Of a stretch of DNA of 64,000 nt, positions 1-11,984 are shown piece after piece (within the stretch, counting starts at the first letter, position 1; the number at the start of each line of letters is the position of its first letter). The notes under the pieces were generated by a model. The model did not search any database. It worked only from the letters and a program-made list of their open reading frames with translations, and was not told where the DNA came from. The stretch is from Lingula anatina. Its lineage: Eukaryota; Animalia; Brachiopoda. The stretch covers positions 19,402,587 to 19,466,586 of the forward strand of contig CM120648.1 of assembly GCA_051362555.1 (NCBI GenBank), given 5' to 3'. The translations under genes and the position numbers were made by a program.

Positions 1-84
1 AATGTGACTAGCATGGGTCTTCAAGCCCGTGGAGGTTCTAAGTCACACCTTGAAAATGCCAATATGTGAAAAATTAAATTTTCA

Positions 85-134
<50 letters not shown>

Positions 135-560
135 GTTTAACTGCCAGAAAAAAATTACCAAACAGACTGCATTGCCTAATGAAGCTGTATTTTAGTCCCA
201 TATTTCTTTCCTGTAAGTTTGAGAACAGTAAGTGACATGGTTTCCTTAAATGGTCATCATGGGAGCAGTGCCCAAAATAGGGGTTTCTTCAAATTTTGAT
301 GCAACATTACATAATGTTTAACAGCATAATGACCATCAATTTTTAATAATAAATTATTAGTAACATGGACATACAGAAAACGTGACCAGCAAAGGCTTCA
401 GGCCAATGGAACTTCAAAGTCACACCTTGAAAATGCCAAAATGTAAAGAAGACAGCACTGTTCTGACATGGGTTCATTTCCATTTTAAACCCTTTTTTAC
501 CATACAGGTTGTATTTTGTACAACTTCAAAACAAACTGGAAATTCAGCAATAAAATAAAA
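1..560 (-). mobile_element. Fragment of the window's dominant HINE-like (Helentron-associated) repeat family, with an expanded poly-A run
   Basis: Reverse complement of blocks at 40900-41630 (e.g. cacaccttgaaaatgccaatatgtgaaaaattaaattttcac; ggtcatcatgggagcagtgcccaaaataggggtttcttcaaattttgatgcaa). Confidence 0.75.
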
Positions 561-740
561 TCAGTGTCATTATTATAATTTTTATCAACATTGTTTGGTA
601 CCACCAGCATTCCAATCACATGCAAGCACTGGTAAATATATAGGCACTTTGTACGTGTGAAATGAAAATTACAATAATAAATACGATAACATTAACAAAT
701 TCAAATCACGCTGGACTATCAAAAATTACATAACTTTACT

Positions 741-946
741 TGTACTTACGTGTAGCGCCTACCATACACAAGGTAACAGACACCCCAGAGTTATAGAGAG
801 CCAGTGCCTGTACTTACGTGTAGCTCCTACCATACACAAGGTAACAGACACCCCAGAGTTATAGAGAGCCAGTTCCTGTACTTACGTGTAGCTCCTACCA
901 TACACAAGGTAACAGACTCCCCCAGAGTTATAGAGAGCCAGTTCCT
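741..946 (-). repeat. 3 x 68-bp tandem repeat duplicating the 3' end and splice donor of SDR exon 5
   Basis: Units start at 741, 809, 877 (tgtacttacgtgtagc...ttatagagagccagt); on the minus strand each unit ends ...GCTACAC|gtaagt. Confidence 0.9.
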
Positions 947-1024
947 GCCTGAGGACGCCAAAGAACCCCTGGAGAGCATACTTAGTGGCGGTGTAAACGG
1001 CTGTATATGGAGTGGCGGTAACTC
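886..1024 (-). pseudogene. SDR exon 5 with catalytic YxxxK (GVTATPYTAVYTATKYALQGFFGVLRQELALYNSG / SVTLCMVGAT), frameshifted
   Basis: ttatttcag acceptor, gtaagt donor; one extra base relative to the adjacent tandem copies. Confidence 0.8.
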
Positions 1025-1310
1025 CTGAAATAACAGCGTGGTCTGAATTAGTACAGATACTGTAGTGACATCTTCAGTCATCAAAAGGAAATAGTTCAAG
1101 TCTTATTATGTTCATTGCTATGACATACGCCCACTGGACTATAGGTACCATAAAACTAAAACAATTATAGTCGTGCTATTTTCAAATATATTATTTTATA
1201 AATATATTTATATAATTATAAATATATAATATTAGTTAGATTAGATTGACAGAATTGTAGGAAAATAAAACGATGGAGTTTGAAACACGTGACAGTAAAC
1301 GTTTGTACAT

Positions 1311-1530
1311 GTGTGACAAGAATGGAAGACCGGGCTGCCATATGATTAGTACAGGTTAGGGTTAGCGGTGTGACAAGAATGGTAGTCCTAGGAATGAAAG
1401 TCCAGGGTCCTATATGATTAGTACAGGTTAGGGTTAGCGGTGTGACAAGAATGGTAGTCCTAGGAATGAAAGTCCAGGGTCCTATATGATTAGTACAGGT
1501 TAGGGTTAGTCGGAAGTTTGGGGTTAGTTT
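1311..1530 (+). repeat. About 72-bp tandem repeat containing GGTTAGGGTTAG
   Basis: tatgattagtacaggttagggttag recurs at 1341, 1413, 1485. Confidence 0.85.
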
Positions 1531-1736
1531 ATTGGACTGTACAACGTTGTGGAGAATGGACTACAGTTCGTGTCAAACTGACCACTTCTGTCGCGTCTTC
1601 AATACAACAGCAACACATTCAACCTCTCTGAAACAGTATTCTGCTAGTATATTTTACGGAAATGAACTTTTTTTAAATTCACTTGTTATTTGAAACTTTT
1701 TGTTTGAAGTGATTGACAAGCTGACGACATACCCAC

Positions 1737-1950
1737 CCGCAGTAGAGGAGACCACAGAAATGTGACCACGACTATTGGTTAACAGAGGTAGTGCATGGGA
1801 CGCCAGATAAACATATGACCGGAAGTTAACGTCCATACTGGTGGTCAGTCTCGTGAAGTTGTCCCCTGTCCCCAGCCACGGCTGAACGTTAGGGAGTATG
1901 GCATGGTTCAAAATCAGTATGTCCAGCCCGCCGAGTTTGTTTTCCGTAAA
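1737..1950 (-). CDS. SDR exon 4 (FTENKLGGLDILILNHAILP...VNFRSYVYLASHALPLLTNSRGHISVVSSTAG)
   Basis: ORF 1654..1911 extended to a ttctaag acceptor; HSD11B1-like motifs. Confidence 0.85.
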
Positions 1951-2130
1951 CTTAGAAAAAACAATAACGTTTTTTTAATATTTAGCCAATCGTTTGTTGC
2001 AATTCTAGAGATATTTTGCAGTTGTACACACTTTTAATTCTCACTGTTAATTGACACTGTCCTCACTGTCCGTGCTTTCGTTAAGGTCGCAAAATTCGTC
2101 ACGCTTGTTTCCATGAATATTATATTATAT

Positions 2131-2822
2131 TTATAAAAAAAGAATAAGATTGGTATCCAATTCCACTTTATTCAGACACCGTCCCGTACATTTGACAATA
2201 CTGTAATTCACAGCGTTCACATTGTTCAGGACCCATATAACCCATCTACCAATTGTCGGGAGCGCACGTGGATCAAGAGACGCTCCCGATGACCTAATTA
2301 CGTAAATAGACTTCATTAACTTTGTGCGCTGATTGGACATTGGTCCTCCAGCAGAAAATCCACCTAAGATCATAATGATAAAGGAAACTAGTATAAAAGA
2401 TCATATTTGTTGTTCCCACAAAATGAAAAAGACACCTTTTAGACCTGGAAGACGGGCCCTTTTCTTCCCGGACCCTTTCCATAGGCTAAAGAAAGTTTGC
2501 TGGGCATCCTCTAGATAATGAAAGAGATTTAGACTACCCTCCAACCTCTGTCTCCATTGCTATCCTTCGTTAACCGTAACGAAATTTTCCATTTTTGCCC
2601 AATTCACTTCTTTCATTATATCTACAAACTTACCTCTAATAGTGACTTTGTCCCATTGGGGTTTTTCAATAGTCACTAGGACAGTCCACTGAGCCTTCAT
2701 GACTTTCAATGGCTGCCGTTCCATAAGGAGGACTCCGTCCGTTAACTTCGTGAACTCCCCGTGAACTCCCGAAGAGAACAAAAAGATTAACAAAGTTAGT
2801 AGGAACCTACCTGCTAACTTAC
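2131..2822 (-). pseudogene. Decayed env-like gene of the Gypsy element (F-protein/errantivirus type)
   Basis: Directly downstream of pol. Hydrophobic leader LLTLLIFLFSSGVHG; furin-like RSKR at 2446-2435 followed by CLFHFVG; later hydrophobic SFILVSFIIMILGG; stops and frameshifts present. Confidence 0.55.
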
Positions 2823-4300
2823 CTAGTGGGAAACTTCCATCTCCACTTCCTTTGCCACATCCTCGTGGTCTACAGCCTGTGCCACATCCTCATGGTCTAC
2901 AGAACCGTCCTCCATTTCCTCTGCCGCTTCCTCGTGGCAGGTATTGCCTTTTTGCTCTGTCGCTTCCTCGCGACAGGCTTTCTTCTTTGGTTGCTCGTGA
3001 ACCAAGTCCTCTGCTGTTTGCATGCATCTTTTTCTGTGTCTAGTGAAGTGTGAATGTTGGGGTACGGTGGCTGCCTGTATGCGCCGTTTCCTGTACCTGG
3101 TGTTGTGAGTGTGTGTAGGCACTGTGTTTCGCTTTGATGCTACTGGAGCTTCCCACTCGTGAACTGATTCAGTGTCTGAGTTGTCAGTGTCTGAGTTGTC
3201 GGAAACACTTACCGTATCACCTACCTGGCCCTTCGCAGGTCTGGCTACTTGGTCAGCAACTCTGTCCTCAGCTGCTAACTGCCCCTGCCTTGCGTTTGGA
3301 GTTCTTTTTAACACCCTCGGACGTCGGCGCTATGCCATCCCAGACTACACCTCTATCAACTAATCGGATCTTATCTCTATTAACTACTCTGGTCTTACCG
3401 GTCTGTTGGTTAATTAGCCAGAATACGTTATTTCTATGGCGCGTCACTGTCCATTGGGGGTCCCACTTTGATCCAAATGTAATATTATCAGGTGCATATA
3501 TGATCACACTATCACCCACCTCAATCTTGTTCGCGTTTGCCTTTGCGTCATACCGTCTTTTGTTTTCTAATCGGCCTGCTTGTAAATTGGCGCGCGCGGT
3601 GATCAGGGCGTCTGATAAGTCACTTAAACGGCCTTTTAGCGCGAGGGGGTCATTAGACACGTTAAAGGTTGCCGACAGCGGCATTCGCGGTCTTCTTCCG
3701 TACACTAGGAAGAATGGGGTAAAATTTGTGGCTACCGATACGCTGGTTCCATAAGCAAAAAGCGCGTTCGCGATGTTTTCCTCCCATGCTCGTGTGTTGT
3801 TATTTACAACTCTGGTTATCAAGCCCTTGAGTGTTTTATTGAATATTTCTACATTCCCTTTACACCGCGGATTAAAACTCGTGGTTCTCCTGTGATCTAT
3901 TCCCAGGCCTTGCAAATATGAGCGAAATTCGTGCGCGCTAAATTCACTTCCTCTGTCCGATATTATAATTTCGGGCACTCCGTGTCGCGGAAAAAATTCC
4001 GTAGCCAGCGCGGCTTGTACTGATTCGGATGTTTTATTGGGAATGGGAAAACTTTCGGCCCAGCCACTAAGGTGACAAACAACATTTAGACAATATTTGT
4101 TGCCTCGCGGAGACTCTTGGAAAGGACCGATTAAATCCATACCAATTATCTGGAATGGGTACGCGGGTAAAGGTAACTCGTCCAAGGTGGTTCTTTGCGA
4201 TCGCGTTTTGTGTACCAGACTCGTGGGACATTGTTTTATCCATCGCGTCACATGCTTTCTCATTCCCGGCCAAACGTACGCGTGAGTGAAAGCTTCCTAC
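2823..4300 (-). mobile_element. Gypsy/Ty3 LTR-retrotransposon pol fragment (integrase), 5'-truncated, inside SDR intron 3
   Basis: ORF 3268..4263: zinc-binding remnant (WPGMRKHV..CPT), rve core GMDLIGPF / ISDRGSEF / GNVEIFNKTL, TNFTPFFLVYGR. Low-complexity tail in ORF 2823..3314; no LTR recognised. Confidence 0.9.
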
Positions 4301-4399
4301 GATTCAGTACGTTCAGTACACAATGATGACTGCCGAAATTGATAATGCCAACAATTTAGCTTGGTTCCCGATCTTAACGTCCTTTTGCGTGTGTGTACA

Positions 4400-4441
4400 G
4401 TGTACCTTCATAATCCAAGCTGTCTCCTCCATGTCTCCCAG

Positions 4442-4481
<40 letters not shown>

Positions 4482-4523
4482 GTGTACCTTGATAACTCTA
4501 GCTGTCTCCTCCATGTCTCCCAG

Positions 4524-4569
<46 letters not shown>

Positions 4570-4690
4570 ACTGTGTACCTTGATAACTCTAGCTGTCTCC
4601 TCCATGTCTCCCAGGTCAATGTGTGTGTGTGTGTGTGTGTGTGCGTGTGTGTACCTTGATAACTCTAGCTGTCTCCTCCATGTCTCCCAG

Positions 4691-4726
<36 letters not shown>

Positions 4727-4770
4727 ACTGTGTACCTTGATAACTCTAGCTGTCTCCTCCATGTCTCTCA
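4400..4770 (-). repeat. About 5 tandem units (exon-3 end + donor + CA microsatellite) in the SDR gene
   Basis: tgtaccttgataactctagctgtctcctccatgtctcccaggtcaa(tg)n near 4402, 4483, 4574, 4650, 4731; minus strand reads DMEETARVIK|gtac. Confidence 0.9.
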
Positions 4771-4837
4771 GATCAGCTACTGTGTACATATGGTTTGGCT
4801 CAGGTGCCGGAGATAACTTTTTACACTATGCGATGAC
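4736..4837 (-). pseudogene. SDR exon 3 (VIA*CKKLSPAPEPNHMYTVADLRDMEETARVIK) with premature TAG
   Basis: tttcag acceptor, 102 nt, phase 0-0, TAG at codon 4. Confidence 0.8.
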
Positions 4838-4997
4838 CTGAAATCGTTATTATTGAAAGATGCAAATGACACCCAACTGATTATTCAAATAACAACCCCA
4901 ATCTGTAAGTTATAGAGCAGCTTGTGTAAAGAGAAATAAAATGTTAATAAAACACATTGCCTTAGATACGAAATGAGAAGTTATACCGGCAACTGAC

Positions 4998-5128
4998 CTT
5001 TTTTAAGAGATTTTCTCTGCGCGCCGTCAAAACAAGGTTTGCTCCCATCTTGGCGAAATGATACGCCACCTGTTCTCCAATTCCAGAGGACGCCCCGGTA
5101 ATGAGCACTCTCTTGCCTCTCACCATGA
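4998..5128 (-). CDS. SDR exon 2 (MVRGKRVLITGASSGIGEQVAYHFAKMGANLVLTARRENLLKK)
   Basis: tatcacag acceptor, gtcagt donor; TGxxxGIG NAD(P)-binding motif; ARR. Confidence 0.9.
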
Positions 5129-5388
5129 CTGTGATAAAACCGATATGCTTATATCAGCCTATTATCATTTTAATTTCTATTATAAAGCTGGGCATTTAAT
5201 AACGCACTGGTATTTTTTTTAATTCATGTGTAATGAATGTGTAATGAATGTTTCATGTGGCTTTAGGCAAACGACAGATTGTGTTTATGATTTTGGAGAC
5301 AAGGAAAAAATGGTACGAAATTCTTGCAACAGCATTCCTATTTTTCGGTTTTAAATATGTGTTTTCTGGTTGTGTTTACGTAATGTAG

Positions 5389-5432
<44 letters not shown>

Positions 5433-5633
5433 CACAATATATGATCGACTTGCGTTTTTTCAGCATCACCAAACTAAGTTGGTCTAACTAAAGTCATTAA
5501 TCATTTACGCACACACAGATTACAAATATTACACATATCAGGCCCATTTCAACCGTGTAGAGTACAGTAGACTATATGAACATGTACATCAGACTTAGAT
5601 AATGACCTGCAAATTAAGACCGTTCATGCTCAC

Positions 5634-5724
5634 CGGGATCGAAATCATCCACGTAGAGGGTGGCGATGTAGACGGCAGTCACAGTGAGGAGGACAGCAAC
5701 CAGTGTTTTTGTTTTGGAACCCAT
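5634..5724 (-). CDS. SDR exon 1 (MGSKTKTLVAVLLTVTAVYIATLYVDDFDP), signal anchor
   Basis: ATG at 5724, phase-1 donor gtgagc, hydrophobic helix followed by DFDP as in 11beta-HSD1-like proteins. Confidence 0.8.
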
Positions 5725-6991
5725 GATGAATTATTTCTCACGTCCAGTTCTCAAACAAAGAGCATACCAGTACGCGATATTCTGCATCCCTAAGTGACCT
5801 TTTAATGTATTCCCGGCCTACTCCCCGTTCTACCAGTAGCATTGAGACCTATCGTTATTAAACTATGAACATAATATTACTGATTAGGTACGCGATAGCC
5901 TCTGCATCCCCGAGTGACCTTTTAATGTATTGAGACCATTCATTAGAGACATACCATTATTAAACTATGAACAGAGCATTACTGATCAGGTCAGGTTAGT
6001 ACATAAGATAACAGGTACGTGTGAGGTACGCTGGCTGGCAGGAGTCTAAAGTCGACAACACTGCTGGCTTGTACAGGGGGGGGGGGATAAGACTGGGTCT
6101 GCTGTGTTAAATCCTATATAGGCACATTCAACTGAAACACTTATCATACGTATTATTTAGATATTTATATTTTTATAATGAATACTGCGGATATTAAGAG
6201 GACACGAGACATTCACTTACACTTAACATTTAAAAGGTTAAATAAATAAGACTGAAGTAGCCTATACATGTGGCTAGAAACAAACGGTGGTATGGATGTG
6301 TTAGGTGATCATCATGTACGTGTTGTGTACACACACAGACACTTGTCTTGTGCGTTCTTGTTTATGTTTTCTGGTTCAGACAGGACAGCCGGTAATTAAG
6401 GGGATATGTATAGACAGTTCAAAAGGAGAGAACGATGTTAAACACAGTCTCCAAGCGTTTGATTATGAAGAACTATAAACCTTTTTCAAATTCATAATAG
6501 AAGTCGCATGATCTTATATACCATCAAATATAATGTTTATTTTTTACCGTCCCGAATCCAAAATCATCTCAGAATCCAATCCATCATTGTGATTATATTG
6601 ATTAACTTTTCTCCGAATACATTCTGGCTGCGCAAAAAAATAGATTTGAACACCTTTTAGGACATGAGTTAACGCAGTATTTCACAATCAATATTATTTT
6701 AATAAAGTAGCTGCCGATAATTCCCATTACTCTAGCTCTGTTACTAATGAGAAATTCCATTCTGAATTTGATTTAAAAAATAATGGTTAACAGTACCCCT
6801 CATAAGATAGGAGTAATTTACATTCAAAAATAAGCTGTTTAATAGATTCTACCGCTTTCATACAAAAGTTACACAATTTACTGCATCATATACACGTCTT
6901 ACTAACACCTGTACATATGATGGCCTTACTCAAAAAATCACCACAACAAATCACCGCTTCTTATTCACTCGTGACTGTTACTTACTAATAT

Positions 6992-7080
6992 TACACACAC
7001 ACACACACATACACAGTACACACACAGTACACACACACAGTACACACAAACACACACACAGTACACACACACACACACAC

Positions 7081-7117
<37 letters not shown>

Positions 7118-7257
7118 ACACACAGTACACACACACACACACACAGTACACACACACACACACATACACACACAGTACACACACACACACACACACACAT
7201 ACACACACACAGTACACACACACACACTTTTATGTGCCCATCTGACAGCCGAAAAGC

Positions 7258-7294
<37 letters not shown>
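6992..7294. repeat. Compound (CA)n/CAGTA microsatellite followed by an inverted (TG)n run
   Basis: Seen directly. Confidence 0.9.
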
Positions 7295-7296
<2 letters not shown>

Positions 7297-8770
7297 CGAC
7301 AACATAGGTCACTTACGCTGTTGTGAATACAGTGTACTACTAGGAAATAATGGTGATGACGAAGGGGGGGGGGCACTTATTCCAAGGATCAGCAAGTGAT
7401 GACGATCTAGAGGATGAACACCAAGAAAAGCAGCATCATCTTGTAACAAAAAAGTGCTAAATTTGTTAAATAAAACTATAAACACAAGTCGGGGTTCTTG
7501 AAGAGGCTGTTTAATATGTTTTGGCATTATGTCACACTGTAAGTAAGTTAAACAAAGTTAGGGTATAGTTTCAAATTCAGTACTTTTCGGTCAATCATAT
7601 TGGACACGTGTACTCATTTCAGTTATGGACCAGGTGATGAATAGTTTGCTTCTTTCTCTCATTTGTAACAAAATTCAGGTCAAAACAAAGCTTCACAAAT
7701 CCTTGCGATATCATTTATTGTTACTAGTAACAAATACAGTCATTGGACTCATGCCGGAGTCAATGTTGTACTTGTAGACCCGTGATTTGCTGGCTCAAGA
7801 TCGTCATCATGATGAATTGCTGAAAAACAAGGAAAATGTATAGTATGAATATATATGTTCTTATAGTCACTAAGCAATTTAAAGAAACTATTTAAAAGGA
7901 TAGCAGTTCTTAAAAATGTATATTAATTAATTGCTGCTGGAACAGAATGTTCTGAGGATAGTCTCTCATTGTTAAAAGAACTAATACGACTAATAAACAA
8001 CAAGTTTAAACAAAATAAAATTGAAAGCATATCAGGAACGTGCCTGTATTTCGTGGTATAAGCATTAAACACGCTAAAACAATATTGAGAACACCAGTGG
8101 GATTGGTTAAGTGCAGTATTTCCTGTCAGCAATCAAATCCTCCGAAAGTAGAAATGTTTCCTCAAATGCAAATTGAGGATGCAAAAATATTTTTTTGGTA
8201 GAAATATTAATCTTTTGAATAAATTCTCTCTCCATTCAATTCCAGATAAATCATTTATGCGTTCTACTAAAACAATAAATATTCATCATAATCCCTGTGT
8301 TGATCTTGTTTTTAAAATTCTTAAATTAGGCTCAAATGCATTTATAAAGATCATCTAAAATTACACATGTAAATATAAAACACCCACGCTTTCAGCAAAG
8401 CGCCTTCTTCAGGGACTGTTTAAGCATAATTTTAACATTAAAGCCACCTACAGTCACAATCAACATCAAAATGGAAGGACCTCCTTAACTCTCGAGAATG
8501 CATAAATAAATATCCAAACAGCGCACCTGAAATTAAGAATACATAAGGCATGTTAGCGACTTTTTGATAGGCTCCAACAAAATGCTAGTGGCATTATGAT
8601 AGGCTTATAAACATGTTAGCGACATTATGATAGGCTCTTACAAACATGTTAGCGACATTATAATAGGCTCTTACAAACATTATATTAGGCTCTAACGATT
8701 ACTGGGAGGGTCTACAGTCTATCGGATATTTAGCTGCTATCCCCGATATTCAATCCGATCCAAAAGTAAA

Positions 8771-9850
8771 AACAAGGCAGCAAAACTGTCAAATGTACAG
8801 ACAGAAATCAGAAAATAATAATTCACAACATTTTAATTTTAACAATAAACTATATGATTTCTATAAAAGTTGTCAGGTTTTTCAATTGTAGCTGTATTTT
8901 AGTCCTGTGTTACCTTTCTGTAAGTTTGAGAAGAGTAAGTGGCATGGTTTTCCTTTAATGGTCACTATGGGGGCAGTGCCCACTTAATTTTTGATGCAAA
9001 ATTACATAATGCTTAACAGCATAATGACCATCAATTTTTAATAATAAAACAAAAGTATGGTGAATATTCAGAAAATGTGACATGGAAAGGTCTTCAAGGC
9101 CATGGAAGTTCAGAGTCACACCTTGAAAATGCCAAAATGTAAACAAGAGGTAACTATGATGAAATGAGTTTATTTCCATTTTCAACATCATTTTACATAA
9201 AACAAAATAATAATTTAATGTCGTTTTTAAATGATCAACTAAGAAAATTGTTGACATAGGAAAAATATCAATAGAAAAAAAATTAAATGTCCATTGCTGC
9301 ATTCTGAGATTCTGAACATGGTAAATGATTGAATCTGACAAACTGCTATGATATGAGTTTATTTCCGTTTTTGACACTTTATTACACAATATACAATAAC
9401 AGGTTTACCATCATTTTTATGTAATCAACTAACAATATTTTTAAGATGGAGAAAATGTCCAAGGAACACTTGTGCATATCAAATTAGTTAAAAAAATGAG
9501 ACTATTAACATGCCTAAGACTTAAATCTGAGGCAGAAAACACTCCTGCCCCCCACCCCCCACCCCCCAAAAAAGGCATAACTTCACCAAAACTTTTTTTC
9601 AAACTGGATCTGTATTTCAGTAAGATTGATCGTTCCTATGAGTTGCAAGACAATAGGCTTTTCAGATTGCCTTGAAATGTGGTATCAGTGTTGCATATGT
9701 GCTGAAAAAAGAGAGAAATATATATATACATATAACTTTTGTAAAAATGGTTCGATCAAGCTGATTTTAAAACTCCACCTGTATTTAAGTAAGATTGTTC
9801 TCTCCTGCACTCCTGTGAATTTCAAGACAATAAGCCAGTTTAAAACCTTT
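8771..9850 (-). mobile_element. HINE-like element, 3' part, reverse orientation
   Basis: Begins with the reverse complement of the family 3' end (aacaaggcagcaaaactgtcaaatgtacagaca); internal blocks match 42060-42900. Confidence 0.75.
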
Positions 9851-10792
9851 GGCCTTTGGAATTTATTTGAGTCATACAAGATACTAGATACTAGATACCA
9901 GATACTTATATGCATTATTGGGAATCCACGCTTCCCCAAATAAATAAATCACTTCATCAACCATGAAATAGCTTTAAACTACTCACTTATTTAACTTTTC
10001 GGTCATAAATTTATCCTACTTGACAGTATCTGACCTTATTATCTACACTCTTCATATACAACAGAGAAAGCTAGCAGCAAAATCTGTTCAAATATCATTT
10101 TTCGGTGAATATTAAGCAATGTCTTTTGGTAATTTCTTATTTATACTATTTGAAATTATCTGCTGGTATTAGGTTGGCTTTTGTGGCAAAAATTGACTTT
10201 GTATATGTATGCATCTTTAGAAGTCTTTGCCTTCCTATAAATTGTGATGGTGCTTTGTAAGTTAATGTTTCATGAAATCTTTCCTTAAATACTTTGTATT
10301 GTGGTTGAAGGAATCTGTGACGGAACAGATTTATATAAACAATACTTTTATATATATTGTATTTCTGGTCTTAAATTCCCCGTTGGTGTCTATTATTATT
10401 ATTATTATTATTATTGTTATAGATTTTCTTTCTGCTTTCGTCATGATAGACGCAAACGCGGTGCTCTGTTCCTGCGCCAAACCTGATAACCTTCCCCTTT
10501 ACCGGCACTACCAATGTTGTCTACCTATATTTTCCATTCAAGTTTCGATCTGCTGTCGGGACCCACATCATGTTAAACCAGGCATGGTTCTTAGTAGTTC
10601 TATACATGTTTCCACATAACAAGGACTGAACACATGCTGATATACACTGTAGATCCTGTGGCACAACCATCTGTATACATGCATTTATGCATATTTTTAT
10701 GTAACTGGGTGTTTATGTGAATCACTATCATTCAGTTCATGTACACTTTGGGTTAAAACACAAACTAATGCACACACGCACATACAAACACA

Positions 10793-10846
<54 letters not shown>

Positions 10847-10876
10847 GGGGAGTGAGAGAGAGAGCATTACAATCAC

Positions 10877-10975
10877 CTGTCCTCTTCTTCACTGGAGCAG
10901 CTGGAAAAAATGTGATAAACATTTTATAAAACAAAATAACTGTTGAATCGCTTCAAGAGATTCCAGTCGAAACTT

Positions 10976-11031
<56 letters not shown>

Positions 11032-11106
11032 TGTGTTTCACTTACCGGAAGATATCATAGCCAGGGTCAGGAGACAGGAGAGAATAATAACTGCAGTGAC
11101 TTTCAT
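10877..11106 (-). CDS. Candidate small secreted prepropeptide, exons 1-2 (MKVTAVIILSCLLTLAMISS|AAPVKKRT)
   Basis: Exon 11106-11046 is a signal-peptide-like 20-mer with phase-1 donor gtaagt. Micro-exon 10900-10877 has ttttttccag acceptor, is phase 1-1 and encodes KKR. Confidence 0.55.
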
Positions 11107-11984
11107 CTTTATCTGATATTCAGAGTGCTGCATATGGAAACGTGGTACAAGATAAAATACACATCAACGTTTGCGTTACAGGCGACAGATGCAAACGGAT
11201 TTTAAAAAAATGCTGGTGCACCTTAATGTAGTTTTCATGTCTCCATACTGGTATATATTTGTCATTTGTTGGGAAGTTAGCTTCAGTATAGAAGGTCTTG
11301 TATTGTAAATGTTTCTGTGGTCCTCCAATATCTACTGCATGTTGGCATAGTTGTGACACTACATTTTCAGTTGACTTTCACGGTCCACATTTCAGTCCGC
11401 TAAAAACTGGTTTTATCATTACAATGTGAATGTACCAATTTTGACACCACAGCCCTTACACCATAAACCATTTGGCCAAGAAGCAATCACTTTAAAAGGG
11501 AATATCAGTGAACAGTTCCACAGATTATCTATATTCCATAAACTCTATACTTATCTGGTGGCCGGCATGAAGAATAAATGTAATTTATAACGACAACAAA
11601 GATTACTGACACTGAGATGAAAACCACTAAGTACCTGCATCAAAAATAATATAAATTTGATCATATATATCAAATATAGGCCTACATTATATATATATCA
11701 TGTTTCTGAAAACCTACATATTTTCAGTTGAACACATTTGCTAATATTATATATCTTCATGACGCTATAAAATAACTGAATCTGATTTGCATCTCTTAAA
11801 TAGAGATGTTTAAATTTAAGAGGCGTTGATTTTTGTTTCAAAATAAATAGTTCCTGTTTTTATTACTCTAACATATTTCAATGTTAGAGTAATAAAAATG
11901 AAAAACTTCAGGCCTGTTGTCCAATTCATCCCGTTGAATATTTCAGTCTATGTATAGATTATTCCTCATAAGGTCTGTTGAGTA

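Larger units (their letters stand above)
886..5724 (-). pseudogene. 11beta-hydroxysteroid dehydrogenase type 1-like short-chain dehydrogenase/reductase, probably a pseudogene; last exon(s) not in window
   Basis: Exons 5724-5634, 5128-4998, 4837-4736, 1950-1737, 1024-886 are GT-AG and phase-compatible. N-terminal signal anchor, TGASSGIG Rossmann motif, LGGLDILILNH, VVSS catalytic Ser and YTATK (YxxxK). In-frame TAG at 4828-4826; +1 frameshift in the G run near 919-923. Confidence 0.85.

Noticed and set aside
29-235. Poly-Lys ORF
   Set aside because: Expanded A run inside a repeat copy
1341-1530. Interstitial telomere
   Set aside because: Only short GGTTAGGGTTAG motifs inside a 72-bp unit, not a (TTAGGG)n tract
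6965-7312. Cys/Val- or His/Thr-rich ORFs
   Set aside because: Translations of CA/TG microsatellite; the same applies to + strand ORFs at 4323-4841
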